Below are positions 26,834 through 39,641 of a DNA stretch of 64,000 nucleotides, one piece after another; the first letter of the stretch is position 1; every line of letters begins with the position of its first letter. Source of the DNA: Vicugna vicugna (lineage: Eukaryota); assembly GCA_013265495.1 (NCBI GenBank), contig MU058636.1, positions 6,855,741 to 6,919,740 on the forward strand, in the 5' to 3' direction. The notes under the pieces were generated by a model, which saw nothing but the letters and a program-made list of their open reading frames with translations, searched no databases and was not told the origin of the DNA. The position numbers and the translations under genes were made by a program.

Positions 26834-27435
26834 GTATATATTATTACATTTAATTCTTTTTTCTTCTGACGTCTAGTCAGAGACTTTGGAAGCAGAACAA
26901 TGGAAGATTTTATAAAGCATTGCATAATATGTTAATTGTGTGTGAAATTTTTTTTAATATTATAAAATTTATTTAACAATTGACAGCCTATGAAGGATTA
27001 CCTGTTTGTAAATATTTTTAATTTTGTCTTTTGGAAGAAAATTTAGGTAGATCTTCAGTGACTATTGTTCTTACTCCAAGAGACAATCATATAGCAAATG
27101 CCATTGGAATTAAAAGGAGCTCTAACCAACTCATCAGTTCTGATAACTCCCCTCACCTTGTTTAAATATAGGAAATGCCTTCACCAAATAGATAATCCAA
27201 GTGTGAAGTCAATTTTTTAGTATTCTTCACATCTTCTTGAGTATCTGAATATTTGGAAATCAATGGTGTGAAAATGTGTTCCTATACAAGTATGTTTACT
27301 GAATGTTTCCATTCATTTTATTTTAGGAATTTTATTTTAAAGTAAGATTTTATAAGTTAAAACTATGTTATGAATTGACTTGGATGATGATTTCTACCAT
27401 TGTAATTTCATTTCTTCCACCTGTCTTTGCTGCAG

Positions 27436-27497
27436 GCCTTGTGTGCATGAAGTCCAGCACGTCTGTGGTCGAGCTTGTCATGCTGCTTTGTTCTCAG
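27436..27497 (+). CDS. NBEA: Neurobeachin internal coding exon (62 nt, phase 1 to 0): (G)LVCMKSSTSVVELVMLLCSQ
   Basis: Acceptor tctttgctgcag, donor CAG|gtacga; phase matches the previous exon. IEGLVCMKSSTS is the NBEA form (LRBA recalled as IEGTSLVCMKSSSS). Confidence 0.96.
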
Positions 27498-30400
27498 GTA
27501 CGAAATCTCATTTGCTTGATTGCATTACGCTACGTGAGGATTGTTTTGTGTCACAAAGAGAATGGACATGAATATCTACCTATGTGTTTATATATTTTTA
27601 AACATTTCTATCTATCATCTCATAGATAAAACAAATCACACTGAGGTATATTTTATGCAGATGATCTTACCACGCAAATACTGAATTAGTCTCCCTCTCC
27701 CTTCCGCTTCTTTAGTTATCTTATTCTTTCCCACTTTACCTAGCCTTCTATTGTTCCCTATTTATTAATGTCTGCAAAAATATGTACTTTGTTATAGATA
27801 TTTTGATACCCTTCTTTACACCCCTCCTTTTATAAATGATACAGTAATATTTATAACTGATGTTCATTAATATTCATATAAATGATATTCATTGATACTC
27901 ATAAAATTGATGTTCATGGTTTCTTTTTCACTATTAGAGATAATGAAAACAAGAGTTTTTTTATGCAATAGCCAAAGTATAAAATGCAACTCATTAGTGA
28001 GTGGTTTTTGATATAATTCCTTACTGCTTTCCCCTTTTTAATGTAATTTGTACATTTCAGTTTAAATTCTAAAAATCTTATACCATTTATCTTTACTAAT
28101 CAGAATTAAAAATAGAATTGTAATTGTTGGGTACTTTTAAAGCAATTATAAGAAACCATACATATGTCTGTATATATGTAACATTTTTCTGATAACTAAA
28201 ATGGGGACCTAATCGTCTTTCTTCTTGCCAGCTTTGCCAGTCTCCTAGTGATGCTGATTTTCACATAAGTATTAAATATTTTGTAATATGAGAATGAAAA
28301 AAGATTCTATGTATGTTTGTAATAAGTAGTTATTATATTTATCCCTAGTTTCCTCAGTAGAGAGGTACCGTTTCTAGTTACTGACCCAAGGTCTGGCTAA
28401 AACCACAACTAACTTCCAAATAAAGAACAATATGGCTTCAATTGACCCTTTAAAGCATCAGCAAAAACAAAACAACCAAAAACTTACCTATTGATTTTCA
28501 GTATTCAGGTTTGCTTTCTTCAAGAATATATTCATAAGGAAATCATTAGGTCCGTTTTCCCCTTTTCATCCAGGAAGAATATTAATAAGGAAGAAGTTAG
28601 AGAAAACAGGAGTTCATCTGCAGGGCGTTTGAAAATTGTTACCTAATGCCAGAGTCCTGAGTTCAGAAGACATTCTGTGAGCACTCTCTGGACCTTTGAG
28701 GTTCTTGATGATGCCTGTTTTTAAAAAAATGGTTTTTGGGGGAAAAAAGTAGTGTGAAATTGCTTCTTCCTTAGCTCTTGGTTTCACTGCAGCTCAGAGA
28801 AATAAAGAAGAATGTAGCATTAGGGTTTAGTGTCTTTGATGGCCTCATCATCTAATCATAGGTTTAACATTACTCATTTGCTGGCTCCAGGAATTCCTGC
28901 CATTAAGGGCCCTAGAGATGAAACTTTGCCTCAGATATTGATTGAAAGGAAGAGTGAGAAATTTAAGCTCTCTGTGCAGTGCACTTTCTTTCAGTGTTTC
29001 AGCAGAGCAGTATTATAAACATGTCTCTCAATTTGATTTTTAAGTTGAGTTTTTAAAATAATTCAGCATGTTTTAAATATTCAAGCGGTTAATTGATTAA
29101 ATATACCTCATTTAAGCGACTTTTAAAGTGTTTGTTTAAAAAACAAAGAAATTCCAGTTGTTTTATTTTCAGTTTAAACTGAAACTTTGCTTTCCACAAA
29201 ATATTTTTAAAGAAACAAATGACTGGTCTTCCTTCAGTGCAATGTAGGTGTGAGGAGTTTACTATTCTCCTTTTAAATTAGCTTATAAACACATCTTTCG
29301 CAGATCATTAATTGTTCCACAGATATATAAAACCTTGGTTTTGAGGACACACAAAAAATGGACGTGTCTTGAAAGTTTCTTAAAATAATCTGTCATTTTT
29401 CTCCACTGCGCAGATTCGTGGTGATTTATATCCTGTTTCCACCCATCAGCCAGGCAACCATAGCACTAGTAGACTTCCAGTAAATAGAAACCCGTACAGT
29501 TGCTGATGCTGAGAAGATCGCTTGGCACAGCAGCCCCTCCAAAGCTGAGTTCTCTTCTAGAGGCCTTAATGCATCTCTCCAACAGTGAAGCTGGTCCCCG
29601 TGGACTCAGTATGGTTCTGTAGGCTGCCTTCGTGCCAAGGCAGACACAGTGCTGAGGAATCTTTAAGATGCAGAGTTTTGAGTGGTCTTTTTGTTTTAGT
29701 CTACAGTCAGTCCTTTGTAACTATTGATACCTCCATATTATTACGATCAGCAGTTCTTAGTGCTAATAAGATAGCTGAAACTCTGAATAAGGAACTATCT
29801 TGATGAACTGTATATATTTTTCCCACAGTGGGAAATAGAACTGAGATATTATCTTGGTTTAATTCTTGATTGAAATTAGTTTTCAATACAACTGGAATTT
29901 TCTGGCTTATTCATTTGCTTAAAATGTCCTCTTTTTCTAAATCTGGATAAAACATAGAAGGATAGCATTTTGTTTGGAGAGGTAGCTAAGAGTTGAAAAA
30001 GGAAAGGAAAATGCACCATTTCTTGCAGAATTTGTTTTTCTTTCATTTGCTACAGCACATTAAATGCTTTTATTTTTATGCTTTTCATTTCGGAAATTTC
30101 ATGTTAACTACTACATATTATTAAGGATATCAGCTTTTCTTTCCTTTTAATCTGAGCTCCTGAATAAACTTACTGTTGCCAGTGGTTTGTGTGCAAAATA
30201 TGGTCTAGATTTACATGAGATCATATTACAAGTGTCTGAAGGTACTTGTCAAGGATAATTCAGTTCATATGGACAGTCTTTTAAACTCTAAGGGACATGC
30301 CATCCAGTCTACACGCCCCCCCCCCGTGGAATTTTAGGTTTCTGTGGAAAACATATTTTAAGTTTTAAGATGCTATTAGCATTATCATTATATTGCATTT

Positions 30401-33384
30401 ATTATTCCACAAATACCCAAAGCATTTTTTACTGTGTATGGATATTTTTCTTTTCTATGTAGATCTTATGACATAGAAATAAATTTTTAGGATGAACTAT
30501 TCTTCTTGCATTTCAATTTGTATGAAAATGCATTTGGTAGTATCTTTTTTTTTTTAATAGGAGTTAAGTGAACTGAAGCAAAATAACTAATATATAGTGT
30601 TTTGAAAAATCAGTCCTTAATCAGTTAATACAGTGTTTCCCCCAGAGTTCTTGAGTATCTCACAGGTCAGCTCTTGTCCTCTGACTTTTTTTTTAAGTTT
30701 TACAATCAGATGTGGTTGAGGTGATTTTCATTATCCTGTATGTGTACCTTATTTTTCCATTACATTATTCTGAGTGTATTGTGCTCTTTGATGAAGAGCA
30801 GATTTCGTTTTCAAGTAAACTTTTTAAGGTACTATAATAGTTTCTAATTATTTCCAGATTTTTTTTAGGAAGTCTCCATCAGAGGTAATCCAGGAAAAAT
30901 TGAGTGATGTTATCCCATAGGATTTCTTTAAGTTTTCATAAGTAAAGCTTAGCAGATGTCACTTGCATTTTTCTGTGCCTTATCTGTCAATAAAAATGTT
31001 TTATAAATTGAGAAACTTTTATGTAAAAAAATAATGTCTTTCAGTATTTAAAGACTTTCTGACTTGAAGCACTGATTAAGCAAATGTGTGCTTAATAAAT
31101 CATTTTTATTCTCATTAAAAACCTAAAAATATATAAATAACATAAAATAGAAGTCAGCCTTGCATGTCTCTTTAGAATCTGTATATGAAGTTACTAACAT
31201 GAATTATTTCGTGGTTTTGCTTGCCTTTATGCTTTTTTAAATACTTCATATAGTTAAATAAAAAGGATTCTAGTGACTTCAGTGATGTGATCAAGGCCAT
31301 AACCCAGGACTTCTAAACACAACAGTTACAAAAGAACCACAACTGAAGAACAGTCTTCCTTTTTCAAATGACTTGGCCTTTGAACATTTAAATTTTTCAT
31401 TTTTCTCCAATTTGATACAGTTTATTAAGATGGTACAAAAGAAAAAGGCATGCTTTTCTTCTAACTATAATAAATCTAAGATTGAAACACAAAGACATAC
31501 GTAAGATGAGTATGGAGGCCTGCTAAAGAATAGGTACTCAGTGTTAAAAGGATTTTTAGTGTTTAAAATAGAAAGATTGTAAATGTAAGAAAACTAAGAA
31601 TGGACTAAATTTTTTCAAGCATCTTTGGAAATACAAAATCCTAATTATCATAATGGAATAATGTTACTTTTTATTTAGTGACTGCTTTTTATTTTTAGCA
31701 TTGTAGTATTTCCTAAAGATTTATTCTTAAAGAATCTGATGTTGTCTATGGAACTTGCCTGTTGTATAACTGAATTTGAAATTGAGGAAGAATAAAAAAT
31801 TGTGGCATGATATTTGAAATTGAATACAGTCAATTGCTAACCATGTGTGGTTCAGAAAATTGACCCTGTGAATCAAAAATTAGATTTTCATGGAAAGTTT
31901 TATTAAGGTGAACTAAAGATGGACCCCTTGAAGCTAATAGACTTTCTACATGGCCTAAGCAGGGAAGGAGATTCAGTCTGAGCAAAGATCCGGAGAGAGG
32001 TGAACCTGTTACATGCTCAGACCAGTAACCAGCCTCATTTGGATCGTATCGGTAATTAAGCAGCCAGACAATATATTTATTTGGGTTTATGTGTGATGCA
32101 GGGAACTACTCATTTCCAGGTAATACATGAAACAATACTTCCTCAAGGGTGTTTTCTAAGATAAATGTTATAGTATGTTAATAGCCAAGAATTGAAATTG
32201 ATAAGAAATTTCTAACTTGCAAATCGTGTTCAGTAGTTCATGGTGTTTGCTTTTACAGGTTCTTCCTGTTTTTAGAAGGAATAAAGCCACTGTTTTATTC
32301 CTAACTATCTAAGAAATCCCTGCCTTTTTTTCTGACAGTGCCTGACCTCAACTCTCATCTGTGGTATAAGTCATCTCAAAATTAAAGGGGCAAATTATGC
32401 ATTTAAAGTTTTTTTGGAGTTGCTACGGTTATATCATCTTTCTTGCTAGAAATTTTGTAATATATCCTAAGTATAAATAAAAGTAAAGCAGGAAATTGAA
32501 AATGTTGTGACACATAGAGATTATTCTCAACAAGGGTGATAAGAAAGACTTTTAATTATTAGAAAATATGGAGTAAATTATACAGTAAAAATGTACGTAT
32601 TTTAAAGAAAAAAGAAGATGGAAGTATGAAATAATCAGAAAACGCCTGTTTAAAGTGTCTTGGGGCGAATGCCTGTTGAACATTTGCAGCAGTGGAGCAG
32701 ACTCAGGTACCTGCTATCTACGTGATTATTTACACCATCCCCCTATGAAAATTTAATCCAAGATTTAAAGAGCACGTAACTCCAATTGCTTTGATCACTT
32801 CCATGAGGCCTCTTAGTATTGATTTCTTTATTTCAACTTCTGGAGAAATCGGCAGGTATAATAGATTTAGTGAGTCAATCATTTTTGTGTTATAAAATTG
32901 CTACCTTAATATGTGTATTACTCATACATGTTACAGCACTTTCATCCTTGTATTAGTTAGTTCATATCCAGCCCAAATGCATAAACAGAGAAAGAAAATG
33001 ATGGGTGAACCAAAGTTCCGAGCTCATCTGTGTGAAAATAGTAAAATATATAGGAGAAACAGTAAGCCTTTTCTTATGTCTGAATTCTCATAATTCTACT
33101 AAAATTGGGCAAAAAGCAGCTGGTAAGCCTTGGCCACCTGTGGATAATCTTTAAGAGTGCCACGGTTTCTGTGGCAGAGGAGAGGGCCTGTAGTCTATTC
33201 TGAGGTAAACAGACTCCCCGGCATCACAGGCAGACCATCTCCTGCCCTAAGACCCGTGCCACCCTTTGCTACAATGCCCACCCCTTTCCTGTCTTCCCAG
33301 TTACTTTGGTTTGTTTGTTTTCCCCCTATTTTTATTTTTCTATGTTTATATTGTATAAATTCTTCAGACACTTTCCTGTGATTT

Positions 33385-33663
33385 TGTTGTTGTTGTTTAA
33401 CTAATTACAGATTAACAAGAAGCTGCAGAAATAATACATAGAGTCCCATGTACCCTTTTCCCAACTTTTTCTAATAATACTATTTTATATAAATGTAATA
33501 CAGAATCAAGAGTAGGAAATTGGTATTGGTACAATACTTTTAACTAGATACAGATATTGTTCAGTTTTCACTATTGTATGTGCATTCATTTGTGTATATG
33601 GATCAATGCAGTTTCATTCCTTACATTGATGTAACCACTACTACTATCAAAATACAAAATTCT
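33385..33663 (-). mobile_element. L1MC/MD-like 3' end, antisense
   Basis: gcagaaataatacatagagtcccatgtaccctt...aggaaattggtattggtacaatac...tgtaaccactactactatcaaaataca. Confidence 0.75.
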
Positions 33664-34279
33664 TGCTGTTACCTCTCATCTTCCCAACTATTTCAAACTC
33701 TCTTCTTTCATGAGGCTTTTCTGGCTTACTATGATATGGTTATAATCCCTCCATCTTTCCCTTTAGCATTTGAAGTCCATGTATCTAGATAGTAAATATA
33801 GGTACCTGTTTATACACTTAATTAGGTGCTCTTACAGGTGATGAATACATGATTGTCTTTATCCATTACACTGGAATTTCCATTAGAGTAAGCATCATGT
33901 CAAGTATTTCCTCCATTTTTGAAGCATTTCATTTAGCCAATGAGAAAATAAATGTTGTATAGTCTCATCAGTTGCTTAACATTAATTAAGTGAGTTTTGA
34001 ATTATACAACGTTTATTTAAAACTATCCAAAAAGAAAGACTACTTAAGGATGACAAAGCCTTAGAGTCTTCAAGGTCACATTATAAGTGTTATTCATTTC
34101 AATTTTACTAAGATTTACACCAAAACAAAATTCATTTCATTTTTCTGTTGCCAGTGATGTCTTCTGTTTTGCCCTCACTATGTCATCCACACCTAGCACA
34201 GTGTCCAGCACTTAGTATAGATATTTACTCATTACTAATTGAGTTAATTCATGAGTGTCCCCAAGATGATAAGATATAT

Positions 34280-35600
34280 TTATTTTTATTGTGGTAAATC
34301 ATATATAACATAAAATGTGCGATTTTAACCACTTTTAAGTGTACAATTCAGTGGCATTAATTATATTCACAATGTTGTATAACCATCATCAAAATTACTT
34401 CCAAAATTTTTAACACCCCAAACCAAAACTTTTTACCCATTAAATAGCAATTTTCCATGTCTCCTTTCCCAGACTCTGATACCTCTAATCCACTTTTTGT
34501 CTCTATGATTTGCTTATTCTCTCTCTGTATCACCTAAGTGGAATCATAAAGTATTTGTCCTTTTGTGCCAGGTTTATTTCACTTAATATCATGTTTTCAA
34601 GGCTCTTCCATGTTATAACATGTATCAGAACCTCATTCTTTTCAATGGGTCAATGATATTCCATTCTGTGTGTACTGTACATAGCACATTTTGTTTACTC
34701 ATTAATCTTTTGATGGACATTGGGTTTTCACCTTCTAAATATTGTGAATAATGCTGCTAGTAACATTGGCCTACAAATATCTATTTGAATCTATTTTCAT
34801 TTTTTTTAGGCTTATACAACTACAATAATTGAGTAGAATTACTGGCCATTTGGTAGTTCTACGTTTGACTTTTTGAGGAACTGCCAGTTTTTAGTGTCTG
34901 CACCCTTTTTCATTTCTGTGAGGAATGAACAAGGATTCCAATTTCTCCATATCCTCTCCAACACTTGTTACTTTCTTTCTCTCTCTGTCTCTTTTGCTTA
35001 TTTTTGTTGTTTTTTAAATTAGAGCCATTCCTAGTGAGTGTGAAGTAGTATGTCATTGTGGTTTTGATTTGCATTTTCCTAATGCTAATAATGTTGCATA
35101 TCTTTTCATGTACCTACCTATTCAAGGCCTTTCCCAGTTTTTGGCTGGGTTTTTTGTTATCTAGTTGAAGATGTTCTTTATTTATTCTGGATATTAAACC
35201 TTTATCAAGTATACAGTTTGCAAAGATTTTCTCTGATTCTGTGGATTATTTTCTTTCTCTAGATACTGTCCTTTGATGTACAAAAGTTTTGAATTTTAAT
35301 GAAGTCCAGTTTATCCATTTTTGTTTTTGTCACCTATGCTTTTGGTATCATAATTTTGAACCTATGGCCAAATCCAAGTTCATAGAGATTTCCCTTATGT
35401 TTTCTTTTAATAGTGTTATGAATTTTAGGTCTTAAATTTAGATCTTTGATCCATCTTGAGTTAATTTTTATATATGATATGAGATAGTGATCTAACTTCA
35501 TCTTTTTGCAAATGATTATCTGTTTTCCCAGCACCATTTTTTGAAGAGACTATTCTTTTCCCATTGAATGGTCTTGTTGGAAATCAGTTGAGCATAGATG
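34280..35600 (-). mobile_element. L1MB-like 3' end and ORF2 C-terminus, antisense
   Basis: attgtggtaaa...ttttaagtgtacaattcagtggcattaa; ORF 35334..35537 (KMKLDHYLISYIKINSRWIKDLNLRP) is L1 ORF2-like. Confidence 0.92.
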
Positions 35601-35859
35601 CCCACAATGATCTTTAATGCAAAAGTAGTTCCGGTCCATTAAAAGAAAAACAATTTAAAAATATGTATTATAAGTTTAAATAAAGTTTTTCCTGCTACTT
35701 CATATTTTCACTACTTAGAAGTAATAATAAGTAGTCATTTAATATGTATCCTTTCAAAATATATTTGTACACATAAATACAAAATTATTTTTCTTGTTAT
35801 TAGTATAATCAAAAATTTCTGTTACAACAGCAATAGTTTATTAGATTGATAGTCTAGAG

Positions 35860-36170
35860 CAGCACTGTCCAATAAAAATATGGGAGCCACATACAATTTA
35901 AAATTTTCTAATAACATTTTAAAAGGTAAAAAAGAAACAGGTGAGATTGGTTTTCATAATATATTTTATTTAACCTAAATATAATTTCAACATGTATGTA
36001 ATCAATATAAATTATTTAATGAGATGTTTTACATTCCTTTTTTTCTGTTGTAAGTCTTGCAATTCAGGTATAAATTTTATCCTTAGAGCACATGTCAGTT
36101 TATCCTGGCCACATTTCAAGTGCTTGTAATAGCAGCATGTGATTAGTAGATGGTGTATTGGTCAGCCCAG
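35860..36170. mobile_element. hAT-Charlie MER33-like element
   Basis: Termini cagcactgtccaata and tattggtcagcccag; internal aaaagaaacaggtgagatt and gccacatttcaagtgct. Confidence 0.85.
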
Positions 36171-39100
36171 CTCTTTCTTCCATGTATGGACATCTGTGCT
36201 TCTCTTTTTATAAATGTTAATATAGTCTAAAAGTAAACAAGGTGTTCCTGAAGCCCAGAATACTGTAGGTCTTCAAGCAAAATCAGCTAATTGTGCGTCA
36301 TACTTCTTGTACTGGGTTGAAAACAACAATATCTAAGTTTCTCTATAACACGAAAATTCTGATGTTGGCTTATACACCTATAACTGCATGATTGTTCATG
36401 AATTAATGTAAAATATTTTAATGTAACTGCACATAATTCTGCTTCATGATAATGAAGCACAACAGGGTCTTAACTTTCAAGATTTAATACTGTAAGTTCT
36501 TGTAGTCTTAAATGGTAGCATAGATAAGTGGCATGGTGTAACTTAACTTGCCAAGATCATTGAGATCACCTGTGCTACAGGTTTGGTAGACGTGAGTGAA
36601 TAAGCCAAGCAGACAACAGAGCATCAACAGCTCGATGCAGCATGGCTCCTCCCTATTTATTCTTGAAAACAAGGCAATTTTCATAATGGTTTCTTGCTTT
36701 TGTTTCTTGCAGTAACCACAAAATATTAGTACATAAAAGGTGTCAGAAAGTACATCTTGAGAAATATTAAATGTCTATTTTCTCTTTAGGTTATCTATGG
36801 ACATTTTTTGACAAGCTAAACTTGCATAGTAGTTTAATAATACTGAGCACTTTTGTGATAGTTATATATAGGCTAGAGTTCTTGATGCTAATGGTATAGT
36901 TTCCTTATATTTATATTTTACTGTGTCTTATACTTAAGTTATAAAGTTTTGAGTATCATTCTGTTGATACACCTGGTCTTAGCTCTAGAAAAATACGGCA
37001 TTTAAAGGCCATCATGAAGAGTGATACCAGCAGTACAGTGTAAATTAAGACAAAGTAGTTGAACGTTGGTCATGACTCAGATACATGGTAAAGTCTTAAG
37101 AAATGTGTTCAGTTAAACAAATGTAAATTATCTTTTTCATGATAAATCATAGAAATTAGAGAAAAACAGTCTTTGTTATTTCCCTGATTATAGACTAGAA
37201 TAGGATTTTGTTATATTGTTTTTAAGTTTTAAAAGTTCTTTTTCTTCAAAACTACATTTAAAAAACCCTATTCCAGCTTTTACTGTTTTCCTACCTACAT
37301 AGATCTTAAAACATGAAACATTTTCTTTATTTTCTTACTTAATAAAGTTATCATTTCCTTGATTTCTTCTGATCATTTCTAGTAGCAAGTTTTTCTTAAA
37401 AAGGAAGTATTCTCAACAGCTCAATTTAATATAAATATGCTCATATGTTGTATATATTCATAGTTATAGAAAATGCTCTGTTTAAAAAATATATTGTAAA
37501 ACAACCTAGATTATTTTTCACTATAAATACAAACATAAATATATGTGTATCTGTTATATATTCATAAGAATATGCACAATAAAAAATTGTGTTAAATTTA
37601 TTTACACAATTTAAAGATCTACCGAGATCCTGGGAAACCTCATTATGTTTATCTTTATGTGATGCACTAACTCATCTTTTAGTAATCAACTAGGTATATT
37701 TGCGTATTGCCTAATCATTTTTCTATGGTTGACCTTTGTATCGATAATCTCTTTGTACCGATCATTGATGATTCATTTCTTACATTTAGTTTTTTCCTAC
37801 AGTGCTTTTAGTAAGATGTTTATAAAAATAAGCAATGAAAGTGAAAAAAATCATACTTTGACTATTTTCATTTTTTATTAGTTTTTATTTTTGCATACAT
37901 TGAAAACATTACTCATCCCTGTTTTTTGCTCTGCGTAATATTATTTGCCTCAGTCCCTGTACTTATTAACTTCTCTAATTTATTGCACAGAATTTATAAA
38001 CATGCCAGTTATAATGAACATTTGTATAAACCCTTTTGAGGAATGTACTTACTTCTGTTAGTGGCAATTAATGATAAGTAGACATTAAGGATATAGGAAA
38101 TAAAATATGATTATGGAGTTCCAGAAGACTTAAGATCTCAATATGACCTCCCATTTTTACCTTGAAATATTTCTGTGTTTTCAAAAAATATGAGAAGGAT
38201 TAAGTCTTTAAGGACATTACATTGGTTTACTTAACTGTCTACAAAGCAAAAGGGAATGAGAAATGTGCATTAAACTGACATAGAAGAGGAAAAACTGGTG
38301 GGGGAAAAATTGTGGGCTGGGTCTAATATTTCTACTGGGTTATCTAACTACCATAAAATGATTATGAAGAAAACATAGGGATTTCATTGTCATCCTTCTG
38401 GAACCTATTTGTCTTCAAAGTGTTAGTTTCAAAGGGTCCTTAACTTGATATCCAATTCTCTGAAAAAGTCCTTCATCTTGAGGAAATTTTATGCATCGAT
38501 GTAAAAGAGTTAAAAATTGTGACAAAACTGTCTAAAGACTTGGCAGCTCTCTGCAGGCATTCGAAGCCAGTTTAGTATGTTTCCCCATGAAGATAAAAAT
38601 CTGATGGCTACATTTAATTTACGCCTTTTCGTATGGCTGTTCATCTTCTTCAGTAGTGGAGCAAGTGAGTGTATGTGTGTGTCTGTGGATTTTCTCAAGA
38701 GGCGAAAAAAGACTTTGGAATGATTTGTAGATAAGGTTTTTAAATATACATTTTTTCCCCGTCATTGCCAAGAGACTGTCTTTGTTGAAATGATGATAAA
38801 TTATTATTATTATCGCATTGTATACATTCTCATGTATCCATTTGCCTTGTTTTAAGTAATTTCTCTAAGTCTACATGTCAGAATTGTTAGGGAGCGAGGG
38901 CAGTGATTAAAGTATCCTTTCCCTGTCCAGCTATATCCCATTTCTTAACTCTCAGCATACACTCAGTTCCTCCTCTGTGCTGTGCACTTGTCCTGTCACA
39001 AAGCTTTGTGTAACTCCCCTTTCAATATTTTACCTAACTATTCTTTTGAACTCCTTGAATCAGTTACATAGTAATACGCATTTAAGAAATACTTTTTGAA

Positions 39101-39481
39101 ATGCAAAAACAAGTGTGTATCAGTGCAAAGGGATATAATCACTGCGTAACCTTTCATTACTCATTTTTTACATCTTTGTTATAAGGTAGCACTTTCAGTC
39201 TTACAAAAATGCCATTTATAGAAATGAAATAGCATGTCAGAGCTGTAAAGAACTTTAGTAATGGCCTTATTTTGGAGATGTGGATACTTCAATAATTATG
39301 ATGTAATTATAGTGCTGTAGTATACTATTTTACAAATGAGTAGAAGGAATTTAAGTAATTGAACAATTTAAAGAGAAATATACACATTGCTTCATAACAC
39401 TAAATTACGCCATGCTGGCAAGTTAGGAACTCTGAGGGTTGTGTGTGTGCGGTCTTGTTGAGAGGGAGAAGTGACCTGATT

Positions 39482-39641
39482 CAGTGGTTCTCAGCACTGA
39501 CTTCACATCAGAACTACTTGGGGAGCTTTAAAATGATACTGATGCCTGGGCTCCATCTTTAGAGATTATTCTGATACGACTGGTGCTTCTTAACAACACT
39601 CCGATTGAGTCTTTTGTTCAGTCAGAATTGAGAACCCACTA
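39482..39641. mobile_element. hAT-Charlie MER5A-like element
   Basis: cagtggttctca...catcagaactacttggggagctttaaaa...actgatgcctgggctcca...ttgagaacccacta. Confidence 0.85.

Noticed and set aside
30311..30329. C10 run flanked by CACG and CGTG
   Set aside because: Too short for a confident G-quadruplex or i-motif call; probably simple slippage
36690..36745. Strong acceptor (tttgtttcttgcag) with a possible 27-nt stop-containing microexon
   Set aside because: Only a poor donor (AAG|gtgtca) follows; no further support
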